A stretch of DNA of 64,000 bases, from NCBI GenBank assembly GCA_903952135.1, contig CAJBER010000226.1:11804-75803 (forward strand). Reading direction: 5' to 3'. The notes beneath the pieces are model-generated. The model did not search any database. It saw only the letters and a list, made by a program, of their open reading frames with translations, and had not been told where the DNA came from. Of this stretch, positions 41,269 to 52,475 are shown in pieces. Within the stretch, counting starts at the first letter, position 1, and the number at the start of each line of letters is the position of its first letter. This DNA is from an uncultured Algoriphagus sp. (GTDB lineage Bacteria; Bacteroidota; Bacteroidia; Cytophagales; Cyclobacteriaceae). Position numbers and translations under genes: made by a program.

Positions 41269-41814
41269 TTAGCCGTGTTGGGGAGGGGGGCTGTCTAGAA
41301 TGAAACTAGGACTCAAATACGTTGAAAAAATAAACCCAATTTCTGTGGTAAACTTTGGCGAACTCATCCCTTCAAAGGAAAGTAGCCCATTGCCTAGGTA
41401 ATCTTTTGCAAATTGCATTCCCAAGTTGCTCGCTTCCTGATCTTGTGGCAACTGATCTTCTGCAAGGGCGGAAATCCATTTTTTTACCGTTACATCCAGC
41501 ACTTTTCTGGCGGTATCGGGCACATAGACCACCTGCAAGGTGTCGTTTTGATAACGCTGCTTGATGGCTCGGTAATAGTTGCCTTCCAATTCAAAACGGG
41601 TGTTGGTCGCTTGGAATTCCTCCTGATTGGCCATGTAAGGGGCATTCAAGGGTATTTCAAGAATTTGCTCCTCCAGCTGTACCTGCTGCACCCCATAGAT
41701 TTGATCCATCCAATTTCGCTCAAGGGATACATTCGCGGAGAGGTAGACCGCATAGTATCCAAAGTGAAAGAGGACAAAGCAAAAAAGGAGCGCTATGGCA
41801 ACTGCGTTTTTCAA
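41269..41814 (-). CDS. Hypothetical membrane-anchored protein ending DSPPPQHG
   Basis: N-terminal hydrophobic anchor, FELEGNYY...NDTL core and Pro-rich C-terminus; first gene of the three-gene unit. Confidence 0.7.
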   Translation of the reverse strand: MKNAVAIALLFCFVLFHFGYYAVYLSANVSLERNWMDQIYGVQQVQLEEQILEIPLNAPYMANQEEFQATNTRFELEGNYYRAIKQRYQNDTLQVVYVPDTARKVLDVTVKKWISALAEDQLPQDQEASNLGMQFAKDYLGNGLLSFEGMSSPKFTTEIGFIFSTYLSPSFILDSPPPQHG

Positions 41815-41894
41815 TTCGGAGATTGTTTAACCAAAAATTGAAAGAATCTGGGTGAAAAACAATACTAGGTCACAAGTTTCTCCACAGAGGAGTC

Positions 41895-42089
41895 CTACCC
41901 AACCATCTGCATCACAAAACTCAATGCCAAAAAGATCAGTGTGGCAAGGCCATACACCTGAATGACCTTCAGCCGATTGAATCGGTCCAAAAACCAGAGT
42001 ACGAGCACTGGACGAATCAGGCCCAGGATCAGCAGAAACCCAGATCCAAGTCCCAACCCAAAGGAGAGCAAATGAAGTACTTCAAGCAT
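41895..42089 (-). CDS. Small two-TM membrane protein
   Basis: 64-aa hydrophobic ORF (GLIRPVLVLWFLDRFNRLKV) filling the gap after the infB terminator. Confidence 0.6.
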   Translation of the reverse strand: MLEVLHLLSFGLGLGSGFLLILGLIRPVLVLWFLDRFNRLKVIQVYGLATLIFLALSFVMQMVG

Positions 42090-42100
42090 GGCCTAAAACT

Positions 42101-42131
42101 AAAAAAGGAACAGCGAATGCCGTTCCTTTTT
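42101..42131 (-). terminator. Intrinsic terminator of rimP-nusA-infB
   Basis: Minus strand AAAAAGGAACGGC-attc-GCTGTTCCTTTTTT. Confidence 0.8.
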
Positions 42132-42150
42132 GACTATACTTTTTGAAAAC

Positions 42151-44910
42151 TTATTTCTTACGCTTGATTTCTTTCATTTCGTAACCTTCAATGGTATCGT
42201 CGATTTCGATATTGTTGTAGTTTTTGATTGAAATACCACACTCGTATCCGGCCTTCACTTCAGCCACATCGTCTTTGAAGCGCTTCAACTGATCGATTTC
42301 TCCTTCATGGATCACGATACCATCACGGATGATGCGAATCTTGTTCTTTCTAGTGATGAATCCGTCGGTAACGTACGAACCGGCAACGGTACCCACTTTC
42401 GTGATTTTAAATACCTCACGAACGGTGATATTACCTGTGATAACTTCTTCATATTCAGGTTCAAGCATCCCTTCAATCGCGTCCTTGATTTGGTTGATCG
42501 CGTCGTAGATGATGGAGTAGTGGCGAATCTCGATTTCCTCTTGTTCCGCAAGCTTTTTGGCATTGGAAGATGGGCGAACCTGGAAACCAATAATGATCGC
42601 ATCTGAAGCTGAAGCCAGCAATACGTCCGATTCGGAAATCTGACCTACACCCTTATGGATGATGCTTACCTTCACCTCATCCTTAGAAAGTTTGAGTAGG
42701 GAATCCGAAAGTGCTTCCACAGAACCATCAACGTCACCTTTGATGATGATGTTGAGTTCCTTGAAACTTCCGATCGCCAATCGGCGACCGATTTCATCCA
42801 AGGTGATGTGCTTCTTGGTACGCAAGCTTTGTTCGCGCTGGATTTGCTCTCTTGAGTTGGCGATTTCTCGTGCTTCTCGTTCGGTATCGTATACTTTGAT
42901 TGTATCTCCTGCCTGAGGAGCACCACTCAATCCAAGCATCAAAACTGGAGTAGAAGGTCCAGCTTCTTTGAGTTTCTTTCCGGTATGGTCAAACATGGCC
43001 TTTACACGGCCATAATGCTGACCTGCAAGCATCACATCTCCAATGCTCAAAGTACCTGCTTGAATCATGATCGTAGACACATAGCCACGACCCTTATCTA
43101 AGGAGGCTTCGATGACTGTACCCACTGCATTTTTATTCGGGTTGGCCTTCAATTCCAAAATCTCGGATTCGAGAAGGACCTTCTCAAGAAGCTCATCTAT
43201 ACCTTGACCTGTCTTCGCAGAGATTTCTTGGGATTGGTATTTTCCACCCCAATCTTCTACAAGTAGGTTCATGTTGGCCAGCTCTTCCTTGATTTTTTCA
43301 GGACGAGCATTGGGCTTATCCACCTTGTTGATGGCGAAAATCATCGGTACACCTGCCACCTGGGCATGGTTGATTGCTTCCTTGGTTTGCGGCATGATGC
43401 TATCGTCTGCAGCAATCACGATGATGGCTACGTCGGTAATCTTCGCACCACGAGCACGCATAGCAGTAAAGGCTTCGTGACCTGGTGTATCTAGGAAAGC
43501 AATTTTATGACCTGTCTTGGTCATTACATCGTAAGCTCCGATGTGCTGGGTGATCCCTCCAGCTTCTGCTGCGGTCACCTTCGACATGCGAATAAAATCG
43601 AGCAAAGAAGTTTTTCCGTGATCGACGTGACCCATGATGGTCACAATCGGTGCACGCTCTTCCAATTCCTCATCTGTGTCCTCCACTTCTTCTTCCAGCT
43701 CATCTTCGATGGACTTGGTAAACTCCACATCAAAGCCAAATTCATCGGCGATAATGGTGATGGCTTCCGCATCCAAACGCTGGTTGATGGAAACAAACAT
43801 GCCCAGGGATAGGCAAGCAGAAATGATTTGGTTGACCGACACATCCAAAAGTGCAGCCAAATCATTGGCTGAGATAAATTCGGTAACCTTTAAGATTTTT
43901 AGTTCATCTCCTTCGGATTCTACCTCACGGTCACGCTCGGCACGCTTATCGCGTCTTGACTTCGTCTTTCCTCCTGGCTTATTGCCTTGAAGTCTTGCCA
44001 AAGTCTGCTTAATCTGATCTTGAATTTCTTTTGGAGTAGGCTCAGCCTTTTGGATGCGCTGCTGAGGGCTACCGCCTGGTCGTTGGGGTTGTCCTCCCGG
44101 TTTATTGGGTTGCCCAGGTCTTCCGCCTCGCTGATCTGGAGGGCGATTTGCTCCTCCTTGAGTCTGGCCTCCACCTGCAGGATTAGGCGCTCCTGGCTTG
44201 CTATCAATGCGTTTTCTCGGACGTTTTTTGTCCTTTCCACGCTCATCTGAAGAAGCAACTGGCCCTCCTTTTTTCTTAGATTTATCGACAGGAAGCTCTA
44301 TTTTTCCGAGTACTGTCAATCCTTTCAGAGAATCCGCTTTTGCAGAAATCAGTTCTTCTGGCACTACTTCAGTTGGTACAGGCTTTGCAGGTTGAACTTC
44401 TGCCACCTTAGAAGCAGGCGCGGGTTCTTGTACAACTGTAGGAACTACAGGTTCAGTTTTCTTCTCTTCTTGCTTAGGCGCAGGACTTGGTTTCGGCTGA
44501 GGTGCTGGTGGAGGGGTTGGCGTCGGCTTTCTTTCAAGATCAACCTTGCCCAACACTTTAATTCCTTCCAACTTGGGAGCTTCGGTAGTTATTTTCTCTA
44601 CAACAGGCTCTGGGGCTTTTGCCACAGGAGCTGGAGCAGGAGTCGGCTCAACTACTTTTTCTGGCTTTGGAAGCTCTTGCTCCAAAGGCTCATGTCGCTT
44701 TCCAATGGAAAGGTGGGACGCCTCTTCTTTTTCAAGAGCAGAGGACTTGAATTCCTTTTCAAGCATGGCCACTTGGTCCAAGGTGATTTTGGAATTGGGA
44801 TTGTTCTCCACCTCATAGCCCTTTTTAGCCAAGGACTCAACGATGGTTGCCGTACCCACGTTGAGCTTTCTGGCTATTTGGCCTAATCGCATCATTTTTT
44901 CTTCTGACAT
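42151..44910 (-). CDS. infB: Translation initiation factor IF-2
   Basis: [25 protein letters not shown] and NKVD; start at ATG 44910. Confidence 0.98.
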   Translation of the reverse strand: MSEEKMMRLGQIARKLNVGTATIVESLAKKGYEVENNPNSKITLDQVAMLEKEFKSSALEKEEASHLSIGKRHEPLEQELPKPEKVVEPTPAPAPVAKAPEPVVEKITTEAPKLEGIKVLGKVDLERKPTPTPPPAPQPKPSPAPKQEEKKTEPVVPTVVQEPAPASKVAEVQPAKPVPTEVVPEELISAKADSLKGLTVLGKIELPVDKSKKKGGPVASSDERGKDKKRPRKRIDSKPGAPNPAGGGQTQGGANRPPDQRGGRPGQPNKPGGQPQRPGGSPQQRIQKAEPTPKEIQDQIKQTLARLQGNKPGGKTKSRRDKRAERDREVESEGDELKILKVTEFISANDLAALLDVSVNQIISACLSLGMFVSINQRLDAEAITIIADEFGFDVEFTKSIEDELEEEVEDTDEELEERAPIVTIMGHVDHGKTSLLDFIRMSKVTAAEAGGITQHIGAYDVMTKTGHKIAFLDTPGHEAFTAMRARGAKITDVAIIVIAADDSIMPQTKEAINHAQVAGVPMIFAINKVDKPNARPEKIKEELANMNLLVEDWGGKYQSQEISAKTGQGIDELLEKVLLESEILELKANPNKNAVGTVIEASLDKGRGYVSTIMIQAGTLSIGDVMLAGQHYGRVKAMFDHTGKKLKEAGPSTPVLMLGLSGAPQAGDTIKVYDTEREAREIANSREQIQREQSLRTKKHITLDEIGRRLAIGSFKELNIIIKGDVDGSVEALSDSLLKLSKDEVKVSIIHKGVGQISESDVLLASASDAIIIGFQVRPSSNAKKLAEQEEIEIRHYSIIYDAINQIKDAIEGMLEPEYEEVITGNITVREVFKITKVGTVAGSYVTDGFITRKNKIRIIRDGIVIHEGEIDQLKRFKDDVAEVKAGYECGISIKNYNNIEIDDTIEGYEMKEIKRKK

Positions 44911-44970
44911 AAGCAAAAACCTCTTTCGAAATCTTAAGTAAAATTAGGGTAATCTTTGGGGTTAAGCCCC

Positions 44971-46215
44971 TTATTGGTCAAATTCTGTTCTAAGTATGCG
45001 GAAAATCTCGTCGATTGTGACTTCCTCCAACTCGGTTCTTCGGATCAAATCTTCCTTGCTAAGCACCAACACGCTTTTTGCGGTATCCAAACCAGTCTTT
45101 TTGAGTTCGTCAATGATCCACTGATCGATTTCATCTGAGAACTCGTTCAAGTCCACATCTTCCTCTTCGTATTCATTTAACTCACGGAACACATCGATTT
45201 CATAACCAACCAATCGGCTAGCCAGTTTGATGTTAAATCCGCCTTTTCCAATGGCTAACGAAACCTGATCAGGTTTCAAAAACACGGAAATTCGCTTGGA
45301 TTCCTTATTGATGGAAAGGGAAGAAACTTTTGCTGGGCTCAAGGCACGGGAAACATAGAGATCTAAGTTTTCCGTGAAATTGATCACGTCAATATTTTCA
45401 TTCTGAAGTTCACGGACAACTGCATGAATACGTGATCCTTTCATTCCTACGCAAGCTCCAACTGGATCAATTCGATCGTCGTAAGATTCAACCGCCACTT
45501 TGGCTCGCTCACCTGGCTCGCGTACTACCTTCACAATCGTGATTAGGCCATCGTAAACCTCAGGAACTTCGTTTTCAAAAAGTCTTTCCAAGAATACTGG
45601 AGAAGTACGAGACAAGATCACCTTGGGGTTTCCATTGATCATATCTACGCGATGCACGATGGCTTTTACAGAATCTCCTTTTCTAAAACGATCTTTAGAA
45701 ATTTGTTCGCCTTTAGGCAAAATCAATTCATTGCCTTCCCCATCGATTAGAAGAATTTCGCGTCCAAGAATCTGGTACACTTCCGCAGAAATAATTTCTC
45801 CAACCTGCTCCTCGTATTTGCTGAAAAGAATATCCTTCTCCAAATCTTTGATGCGCTGAATCAAGGTTTGACGTGCCATTTGTACCGCACGTCTTCCAAA
45901 TTCTTCTAGCTCAATTTTTTCGTAAACCTCTTCTCCCACTTCAAAGTCAGGCTCAATTTTTTGAGCATCTGTTAGGCTGATTTTGTCAAAATCCCAAATA
46001 TCCTCCGAATTGTCATCGACAATTTCACGGATACGGAAAATTTCCAAATCCCCTTTATCGGCATTGATGGTCACATCAAAATTCTCGTCCGATTCAAACT
46101 TCTTGCGAATCATCGCTCTAAATACATCTTCCAGAATACGGATCATGGTAGGGCGATCCACATTTTTTGATCTCGCAAATTCTGCGAAGGATTCAATTAA
46201 GATTTTTGCATCCAT
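44971..46215 (-). CDS. nusA: Transcription termination factor NusA
   Basis: REPGERAKVAV, DPVGACVGMKGSRI and SLAIGKGG. Confidence 0.97.
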   Translation of the reverse strand: MDAKILIESFAEFARSKNVDRPTMIRILEDVFRAMIRKKFESDENFDVTINADKGDLEIFRIREIVDDNSEDIWDFDKISLTDAQKIEPDFEVGEEVYEKIELEEFGRRAVQMARQTLIQRIKDLEKDILFSKYEEQVGEIISAEVYQILGREILLIDGEGNELILPKGEQISKDRFRKGDSVKAIVHRVDMINGNPKVILSRTSPVFLERLFENEVPEVYDGLITIVKVVREPGERAKVAVESYDDRIDPVGACVGMKGSRIHAVVRELQNENIDVINFTENLDLYVSRALSPAKVSSLSINKESKRISVFLKPDQVSLAIGKGGFNIKLASRLVGYEIDVFRELNEYEEEDVDLNEFSDEIDQWIIDELKKTGLDTAKSVLVLSKEDLIRRTELEEVTIDEIFRILRTEFDQ

Positions 46216-46220
46216 TGGAA

Positions 46221-46694
46221 TTAGTTAAAAGATACTTGTACGATAGATTTTTTAATTTCATTGAAGGGAACAATACGTTCCTCTTCTACACTTTTTTTTC
46301 CTTTTTCTTTTTTGGTTACTCCAAGCTTAATTCCCAACTCCTCAACCTCTTTCAATTTTCCTAAAATTTCTTCTCCAGTTTGCAGATATACCTTGAGCGA
46401 TCGCCCTTGGTTTTTGAGGTACTGCCTTTTCTCCGTCAAAGGATAATCCAAACCTGGTGAAGAAACTTCCAAGGTGTAGGCTTCCTCCAACAGTTCGTTG
46501 GTTTCAAGTTCCCCAGACAAGGCCCGACTCAATTTCGCACAAGCGGCAATCGTCATTCCTTGATCCGCATCCACCAAAACCAGCACTTTGGTTTTGTCTG
46601 CTACCCGTTCCACTTTTACCTCCACGATAAAATGCTCGGCATCAGGAAGGTGCTTTTCCACTAGGTCAACGATCACATGCTTTAGGTCACTCAT
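46221..46694 (-). CDS. rimP: Ribosome maturation factor RimP
   Basis: YTLEVSSPGLD motif; operon position. Confidence 0.93.
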   Translation of the reverse strand: MSDLKHVIVDLVEKHLPDAEHFIVEVKVERVADKTKVLVLVDADQGMTIAACAKLSRALSGELETNELLEEAYTLEVSSPGLDYPLTEKRQYLKNQGRSLKVYLQTGEEILGKLKEVEELGIKLGVTKKEKGKKSVEEERIVPFNEIKKSIVQVSFN

Positions 46695-46702
46695 ACTGTA
46701 GG

Positions 46703-46760
46703 ATAATGAAAGAGGGGACTGTTGTCCCCTCTAGAAACTTTAGAATACGGTACAAAAGTA
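46703..46760 (-). promoter_or_regulatory. rimP leader hairpin (attenuator-like) and promoter
   Basis: TACTTTTG at 46760-46753, then AGAGGGGAC-aaca-GTCCCCTCT (46732-46711) followed by TTCATT; resembles the conserved rimP-leader attenuator. Confidence 0.7.
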
Positions 46761-47011
46761 ATAGAAAGATTGACGAAATACAAAATAGCACATCGAATGC
46801 TGCCAAATTTTGCGTAATTTTAGTCCATTGACCCAGAAAATTGGCTTGGATATCTAATCCGTTTCAATTCTTCCCTTCAAAAACAAAAATTCTGCTTTTT
46901 CTCTGTTTTATCGATTTAAGGTAATATTTTTGTCGATTCTTGGGCAACTACTAGACTGCAAGGACTAGCTTAATCGTTCATTACCGAGTTCAAAGCCAAA
47001 AAAAATTAATA

Positions 47012-48040
47012 ATGGGACTATTTGATTTTTTCTCAAGTGATATCGCCATTGATTTGGGTACCGCAAATACCTTGATTATCCACAAAGACAAAATTGTGGT
47101 GGACGAGCCATCGATCATCGCGATCGACAAAACCAACAACCGAGTATTGGCTGTAGGGAGAGAAGCGATGAACATGCATGAGAAGACCCATGAAAATATC
47201 AAAACCATCCGTCCACTTAAGGATGGGGTGATTGCAGACTTCTATGCTGCAGAACAAATGATCCGTGGCTTGATCAAAATGATTCCAGGACAGAAAAAGG
47301 GCATGTTCCCGCAATCTCACAAAATGGTGATTTGCATCCCTTCAGGTATCACAGAAGTGGAAAAAAGAGCGGTTCGTGACTCCGCGGAGCACGCTGGAGC
47401 GAAAGAAGTGTACATGATTTATGAGCCCATCGCAGCAGCCATCGGTATAGGAATTGATATCGAGAAGCCTATGGGATCCATGATTGTCGATATCGGAGGC
47501 GGTACTACTGAAATTGCACTGATTGCTTTATCAGGAATTGTGGCTGACCAATCCATCCGAGTAGCAGGAGACACCTTTACGAAGGACATCCTAGACTACA
47601 TGAGAAGACAGCACAACTTGCTGATTGGTGAGCGTTCTGCTGAAAAAGTAAAAATCGCGATTGGCTCTGCCTTGACTGAACTAGACGACGCACCAGACGA
47701 TTACGAAATCAGAGGTAGAGATTTGATGACTGGTATTCCAAAAGTGATCAAGGTATCTTACTCTGAAATTGCTTTTGCGTTGGACAAGTCGGTTTCCAAA
47801 ATTGAGGAAGCAGTCTTGAAAGCATTGGAAATTGCTCCACCTGAATTGTCAGCAGATATTTACGACAATGGCATTCACCTTACGGGGGGCGGGGCGCTAT
47901 TGAAGGGGCTAGACAAGCGTCTGCACCAAAAAACCAAACTTCCCATTCACATTGCGGAAGATCCACTTAGAGCAGTAGTCCGCGGCACTGGTACTGCACT
48001 TAAAAATATTCAAAACTTCCGAACCGTTCTGATGACCTAA
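47012..48040 (+). CDS. mreB: Rod shape-determining protein MreB
   Basis: IDLGTANT, VDIGGGTTE and LTGGGALL; promoter TATTTTTG at 46925-46932. Confidence 0.97.
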   Translation: MGLFDFFSSDIAIDLGTANTLIIHKDKIVVDEPSIIAIDKTNNRVLAVGREAMNMHEKTHENIKTIRPLKDGVIADFYAAEQMIRGLIKMIPGQKKGMFPQSHKMVICIPSGITEVEKRAVRDSAEHAGAKEVYMIYEPIAAAIGIGIDIEKPMGSMIVDIGGGTTEIALIALSGIVADQSIRVAGDTFTKDILDYMRRQHNLLIGERSAEKVKIAIGSALTELDDAPDDYEIRGRDLMTGIPKVIKVSYSEIAFALDKSVSKIEEAVLKALEIAPPELSADIYDNGIHLTGGGALLKGLDKRLHQKTKLPIHIAEDPLRAVVRGTGTALKNIQNFRTVLMT

Positions 48041-48047
48041 TTTCTGA

Positions 48048-48887
48048 ATGCTACGCATCCTTCAGTTCCTTTACCGTGTAAGAGCATTTTTACTATTCGC
48101 TTTTCTTGAATTTTTGGCGATCTGGATGATTGTCGCCAACAATTCCCCTCAAGGAGCAGCATTCTTTAATAGTTCGAATGAATTGGTGGGCAGTGCCCTC
48201 AAAAAACAGGCAGATGTAGTTCAGTTTTTCTCCCTCGCAGATGCTAATGCTGCATTGGTGGAAGAAAATGCGAGACTAAAGCAGGAGCTTCTGGGATTTC
48301 AAATAAAGCCAGATAGCATGCCGCTTGTCATTGATTCCGCCTTGGAGGCAACCTTTGAATTGAAAGGTGCCCGGGTGGTGGCCAACTCCTTGCGGTTTTC
48401 TCAAAATTACCTGACGCTTTACAAAGGTTCTAAGGATGGAATTAAACCGGGAATGGGCGTGTTTAACTCCCAAGGTATAGTGGGTAGAGTCAAATCTGTT
48501 TCGGAGAATTATGCTGTTGCCTTTTCTGTTCTGAATACAAGCTTGCTTATTTCTGCCAAAATCAAGTCCTCAGAAGTCTTTGGTTCGGTACAATGGGATG
48601 GTGTAAACACTTCAGAAGTGCAACTTCTTTATGTCCCCCGTCACGTAAAGGCGAGCAAAGGAGACACCATAATTACCTCAGGCTTCAATGCTATATTTCC
48701 AGAGGGCCTGTTGATTGGACAAATTTCGAACGTTGAAGTCAATAAAAAGGACCCCAATTACTTAGGTATTACTGTAAAATTAAGCACTGATTTTAGTAAA
48801 TTGAACTACGTGTATTTGGTGGAAAATACCCAGATCCAAGAGTTAGATTCGCTGTATCGCAAATCCGATTTACCCAATGAATATTAA
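48048..48887 (+). CDS. mreC: Rod shape-determining protein MreC
   Basis: TM, coiled coil (EENARLK), GIVGRV and GDTIITSG..IFPEGLLIG. Confidence 0.93.
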   Translation: MLRILQFLYRVRAFLLFAFLEFLAIWMIVANNSPQGAAFFNSSNELVGSALKKQADVVQFFSLADANAALVEENARLKQELLGFQIKPDSMPLVIDSALEATFELKGARVVANSLRFSQNYLTLYKGSKDGIKPGMGVFNSQGIVGRVKSVSENYAVAFSVLNTSLLISAKIKSSEVFGSVQWDGVNTSEVQLLYVPRHVKASKGDTIITSGFNAIFPEGLLIGQISNVEVNKKDPNYLGITVKLSTDFSKLNYVYLVENTQIQELDSLYRKSDLPNEY

Positions 48888-49401
48888 AAGTCTGATCTCC
48901 TATTCCTTCGTCATCCTTGTTTTAGGATTGGTTCAGATTTTATTCCTGAAAAATCTGGCGCTATTTGGGCATGCTTTTGGATTTTTATACCTCCTCGGTC
49001 TATTAATTTTACCAAGCACCCTGCGCACCATTCCTTTGATGTTGCTGGCATTTGTTCTTGGCTTTGTATTGGACGTATTTTTCGAAACTATAGGCATGCA
49101 TACTGCTGCGGCTACCTTGTTTGCTTTCTTAAAGCCAATTTGGCTTAAAGCAGTTAGTCCTACCGGTGGCTTTGATGAGGCTGAAGAACCAAGCCTTTTG
49201 CAAATTGGATTAGGGCGCTACGTGAGTTATGCATTCCCGCTACTTTTTGTTTATTCTCTTGCATTTTTTATTGCCGATCAGTGGGGTATTGGTGGATTCT
49301 TTAGCGTCTTGAGCAAAAGTTTTTTTTCAGCGGTTTTTACACTATTTCTAACCATCTTGGCGCAGTTGTTATTCTTCAGACGTAAACGAGGAATCGCATG
49401 A
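48877..49401 (+). CDS. mreD: Rod shape-determining protein MreD
   Basis: Multi-TM protein with LGFVLDVF..T.G.H; operon position. Confidence 0.85.
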   Translation: MNIKSLISYSFVILVLGLVQILFLKNLALFGHAFGFLYLLGLLILPSTLRTIPLMLLAFVLGFVLDVFFETIGMHTAAATLFAFLKPIWLKAVSPTGGFDEAEEPSLLQIGLGRYVSYAFPLLFVYSLAFFIADQWGIGGFFSVLSKSFFSAVFTLFLTILAQLLFFRRKRGIA

Positions 49402-51200
49402 AAGACCAACGGCCTGCAATTATCCTCTTGTTTATTTTTTTAGTAAGTGGTGTCTTACTAGTCAAACTTTTTGCAATCCAAGTACTTGACGATAGTTTCT
49501 TGAAACGTGCGGAAAGTAATGCCATTCAACGAATCGTCGATCACCCTTACAGAGGATTGGTCTATGATCGTACGGGCAAATTGATGGTGTTCAATAATCC
49601 AATCTTTGATTTGATGGTAGTTCCTCGGGAATTTAACGTTGGGGATACCACACGATTTTGCGAACTCTTCCGCATCAGTAAGGAAGAATTGATCGAGGGG
49701 TACAATGCAGCAAAATCCTATTCCAAGGTAAAGCCCTCCCCATTGATCAAGCAATTGTCCACGAAGGATTTTGCGCGTATTCAAGACTTTTTAGTGGACT
49801 ATCCAGGCTTGTTTATCCTTACCCGATCGGTGAGATCCTACCCTACCCCCACTTCGGCACATGCATTGGGATATATTGGAGAGATTAGTGCGGGCCAATT
49901 GGAAAAAGATACGATTAGCTACTATTCCCAAGGTGATTACATCGGATTGAGCGGCCTAGAAAAATACTATGAAGATGTATTGCGCGGTCAAAAGGGCGTG
50001 AAATACAAAATGGTAAATGTAAGAGGTGTGGACAAGGGCCCATTCAAGGAAGGTGAGTACGATACCATTTCTGTAGCAGGACAAAATCTAACTTCTACAA
50101 TTGATTTAGATCTTCAGCGATATGGAGAGTTCCTCATGAATGGAAAAACCGGCTCTGTGGTAGCAATAGAGCCCAAAACCGGTGAGATTCTAGCCATGAT
50201 TTCTGCTCCTTTCTATGATCCCAATCAGCTGACTGGGGCTGAGTTTGGGAAAACCTATAAAAAATTAAACGGGGATAACTCAAAGCCCCTTTTTAACAGG
50301 CCCATCATGGCTACCTATCCCCCCGGTTCTATTTTTAAGATTGTTCAAAGCTTAATTGGTCTTCAGGAAGGGGTTTTAACTCCAAATTCGACTTTTGCTT
50401 GCAACAGATCCTTGGTCAACTGCCACAACCATCCCAACCCAGTCAATTTATTTGGGGCCATCCGAAATTCATGCAACCCTTACTACCATCAGGCTTTCCG
50501 TCAAATCATCAACCGAGAAGTTTCTTCAAACACCTTCAAAGACACTGAGATTGGATTAAATGCTTGGAGAGAAAAAGTTTTAAAGTTTGGGTTAGGAGGA
50601 CCTCTTGGAATGGATATGAGCGGAGAAAAGGGAGGAGATATCCCTTCAAGCAAGCTTTATGATCGCATCTATGGTGCAGGACATTGGAAGTATTCGACCA
50701 TCTATTCCTTATCCATAGGCCAAGGCGAAATGCAAGTGACTCCACTTCAGATGGCTAACCTGGCGGCAATTTTTGCAAACAAGGGCTATTTTTATACACC
50801 TCATTTAGTGAAAGCCATCAATGGAAATCCGAAAAAAATTCCTTCAAAATTCCAAGAAAAGCATTCGGTAGGGGTAGATGAACGACATTTTGATCTAATC
50901 CAAGATGCTATGGTGGAGGCGGTCTCTGGCACTGCAGGCAGAGCAGTAATGAAGGATCTAGTCATTGCCGGAAAAACAGGGACAGCACAAAACCCACACG
51001 GTGAAGACCACTCTGTATTTATTGCCTTTGCCCCCAAAGAGAATCCAAGAATTGCCATCGCTGTCTATGTAGAAAATGCAGGCTGGGGAGGAAGAGCTGC
51101 AGCTATAACAGCCTCCTTGATGATTGAGAAGTACATAAGACGAACCATCTCCCGCCCTGAGCTCCAGGATTATGTAATTGCGGGTAATTTTATGAATTAA
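49398..51200 (+). CDS. mrdA: Penicillin-binding protein 2
   Basis: RGLVYDRTG, SIFK (SxxK), SCN (SxN) and KTGTAQ. Confidence 0.95.
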   Translation: MKDQRPAIILLFIFLVSGVLLVKLFAIQVLDDSFLKRAESNAIQRIVDHPYRGLVYDRTGKLMVFNNPIFDLMVVPREFNVGDTTRFCELFRISKEELIEGYNAAKSYSKVKPSPLIKQLSTKDFARIQDFLVDYPGLFILTRSVRSYPTPTSAHALGYIGEISAGQLEKDTISYYSQGDYIGLSGLEKYYEDVLRGQKGVKYKMVNVRGVDKGPFKEGEYDTISVAGQNLTSTIDLDLQRYGEFLMNGKTGSVVAIEPKTGEILAMISAPFYDPNQLTGAEFGKTYKKLNGDNSKPLFNRPIMATYPPGSIFKIVQSLIGLQEGVLTPNSTFACNRSLVNCHNHPNPVNLFGAIRNSCNPYYHQAFRQIINREVSSNTFKDTEIGLNAWREKVLKFGLGGPLGMDMSGEKGGDIPSSKLYDRIYGAGHWKYSTIYSLSIGQGEMQVTPLQMANLAAIFANKGYFYTPHLVKAINGNPKKIPSKFQEKHSVGVDERHFDLIQDAMVEAVSGTAGRAVMKDLVIAGKTGTAQNPHGEDHSVFIAFAPKENPRIAIAVYVENAGWGGRAAAITASLMIEKYIRRTISRPELQDYVIAGNFMN

Positions 51201-52475
51201 ATGAAAGAATCAGAGGTTCAAATAAATCGAGTCGATTGGATCGCAGTTTCCATCTATTTTGCTTTGGTGATTATTGGCTGGTTTAATATCTACGCCGTAG
51301 TTTACGATAGCCAAGTAGAGAAAAGCATATTTGATTTATCAATAAGCTCAGGTAAACAATTGATGTGGATTGGCACTGCTGTAGGGTTGATCACTTTGAT
51401 TATGGTGGCTGATTACCGCTTTTTTGAAAATCTATCCCTTGTCATCTATTTCATTTTTCTAGGCATACTCATTGTAACTCCTATTTTTGGAAAGGAAGTC
51501 AATGGACAAATCCTATCGATAGGTATAGGCGAATTCCGAATCCAACCAGGTGAATTTGCAAAATTTGCAACTGCTCTGGCCTTAGCAAAGGTCATGGAGC
51601 GGCCTACCTTCGACTTAAGCAAACGCAATTACCAATTCATCGCATTCGGGGTACTGTTGGTTCCTATAGCGCTAATCCTGCTACAACCCGATACAGGTAC
51701 TGCGATGGTGTACTTTTCCCTACTCATCATGTTTTACCGGGAAGGACTACCTCAATGGTACTATGTGTTGGGCATAGGTGCAGTAAGCATCACCCTACTT
51801 GCCTTGGGTGTGGACAACAACCTGTACCTAGCGGCAATCATTATTTTGGTAATTGGAGGATTAATTTACATGGGAAAAAAATCCTGGCAACGTATCCTGG
51901 CCTTCTCCCTGATTGGCATTGGACTCATTGCTTATATCTATTCCATCGATTTTGTGGTATCGAAACTACCTCCTCACCAACAAAATCGAATCATGGTACT
52001 CTTCAATCCAGACATCGATCCGCTGGGTGTAGGCTGGAACGTGACCCAATCCAAAATTGCCATTGGCTCAGGAGGCTTGATTGGAAAGGGATACCTAGAA
52101 GGCACCCAAACTAAGTTTGACTTTGTTCCTGAACAAGACACTGACTTTATCTTCTGCACACTTGGTGAAGAGTTTGGCTGGCTAGGAAGCTTCGTAGTGA
52201 TCAGCCTTTTCGCCGGCTTGCTCTACCGCTTGGTCATCATGGCGGAACGGCAAAAAACACGATTTTCTAGAATCTATGGCTACGGAGTAGTTTCCATCCT
52301 ACTCTTCCACTTCATGGTCAACATTGCTATGACGATCGGACTCTTTCCTGTGGTAGGTATTCCGCTTCCCTTTTTCAGTTATGGGGGCTCCTCTCTCTGG
52401 TCCTTTACCGTCTTACTGTTTATCTTCATCAAGTTAGACTCTTCCAGAGCTTCCCAGTTGGGTAGAATTAGTTAA
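51201..52475 (+). CDS. rodA: Peptidoglycan glycosyltransferase RodA
   Basis: IQPGEFAK, LQPDTGT, SKIAIGSGG, PEQDTDFIF and PFFSYGGSS. Confidence 0.95.
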   Translation: MKESEVQINRVDWIAVSIYFALVIIGWFNIYAVVYDSQVEKSIFDLSISSGKQLMWIGTAVGLITLIMVADYRFFENLSLVIYFIFLGILIVTPIFGKEVNGQILSIGIGEFRIQPGEFAKFATALALAKVMERPTFDLSKRNYQFIAFGVLLVPIALILLQPDTGTAMVYFSLLIMFYREGLPQWYYVLGIGAVSITLLALGVDNNLYLAAIIILVIGGLIYMGKKSWQRILAFSLIGIGLIAYIYSIDFVVSKLPPHQQNRIMVLFNPDIDPLGVGWNVTQSKIAIGSGGLIGKGYLEGTQTKFDFVPEQDTDFIFCTLGEEFGWLGSFVVISLFAGLLYRLVIMAERQKTRFSRIYGYGVVSILLFHFMVNIAMTIGLFPVVGIPLPFFSYGGSSLWSFTVLLFIFIKLDSSRASQLGRIS

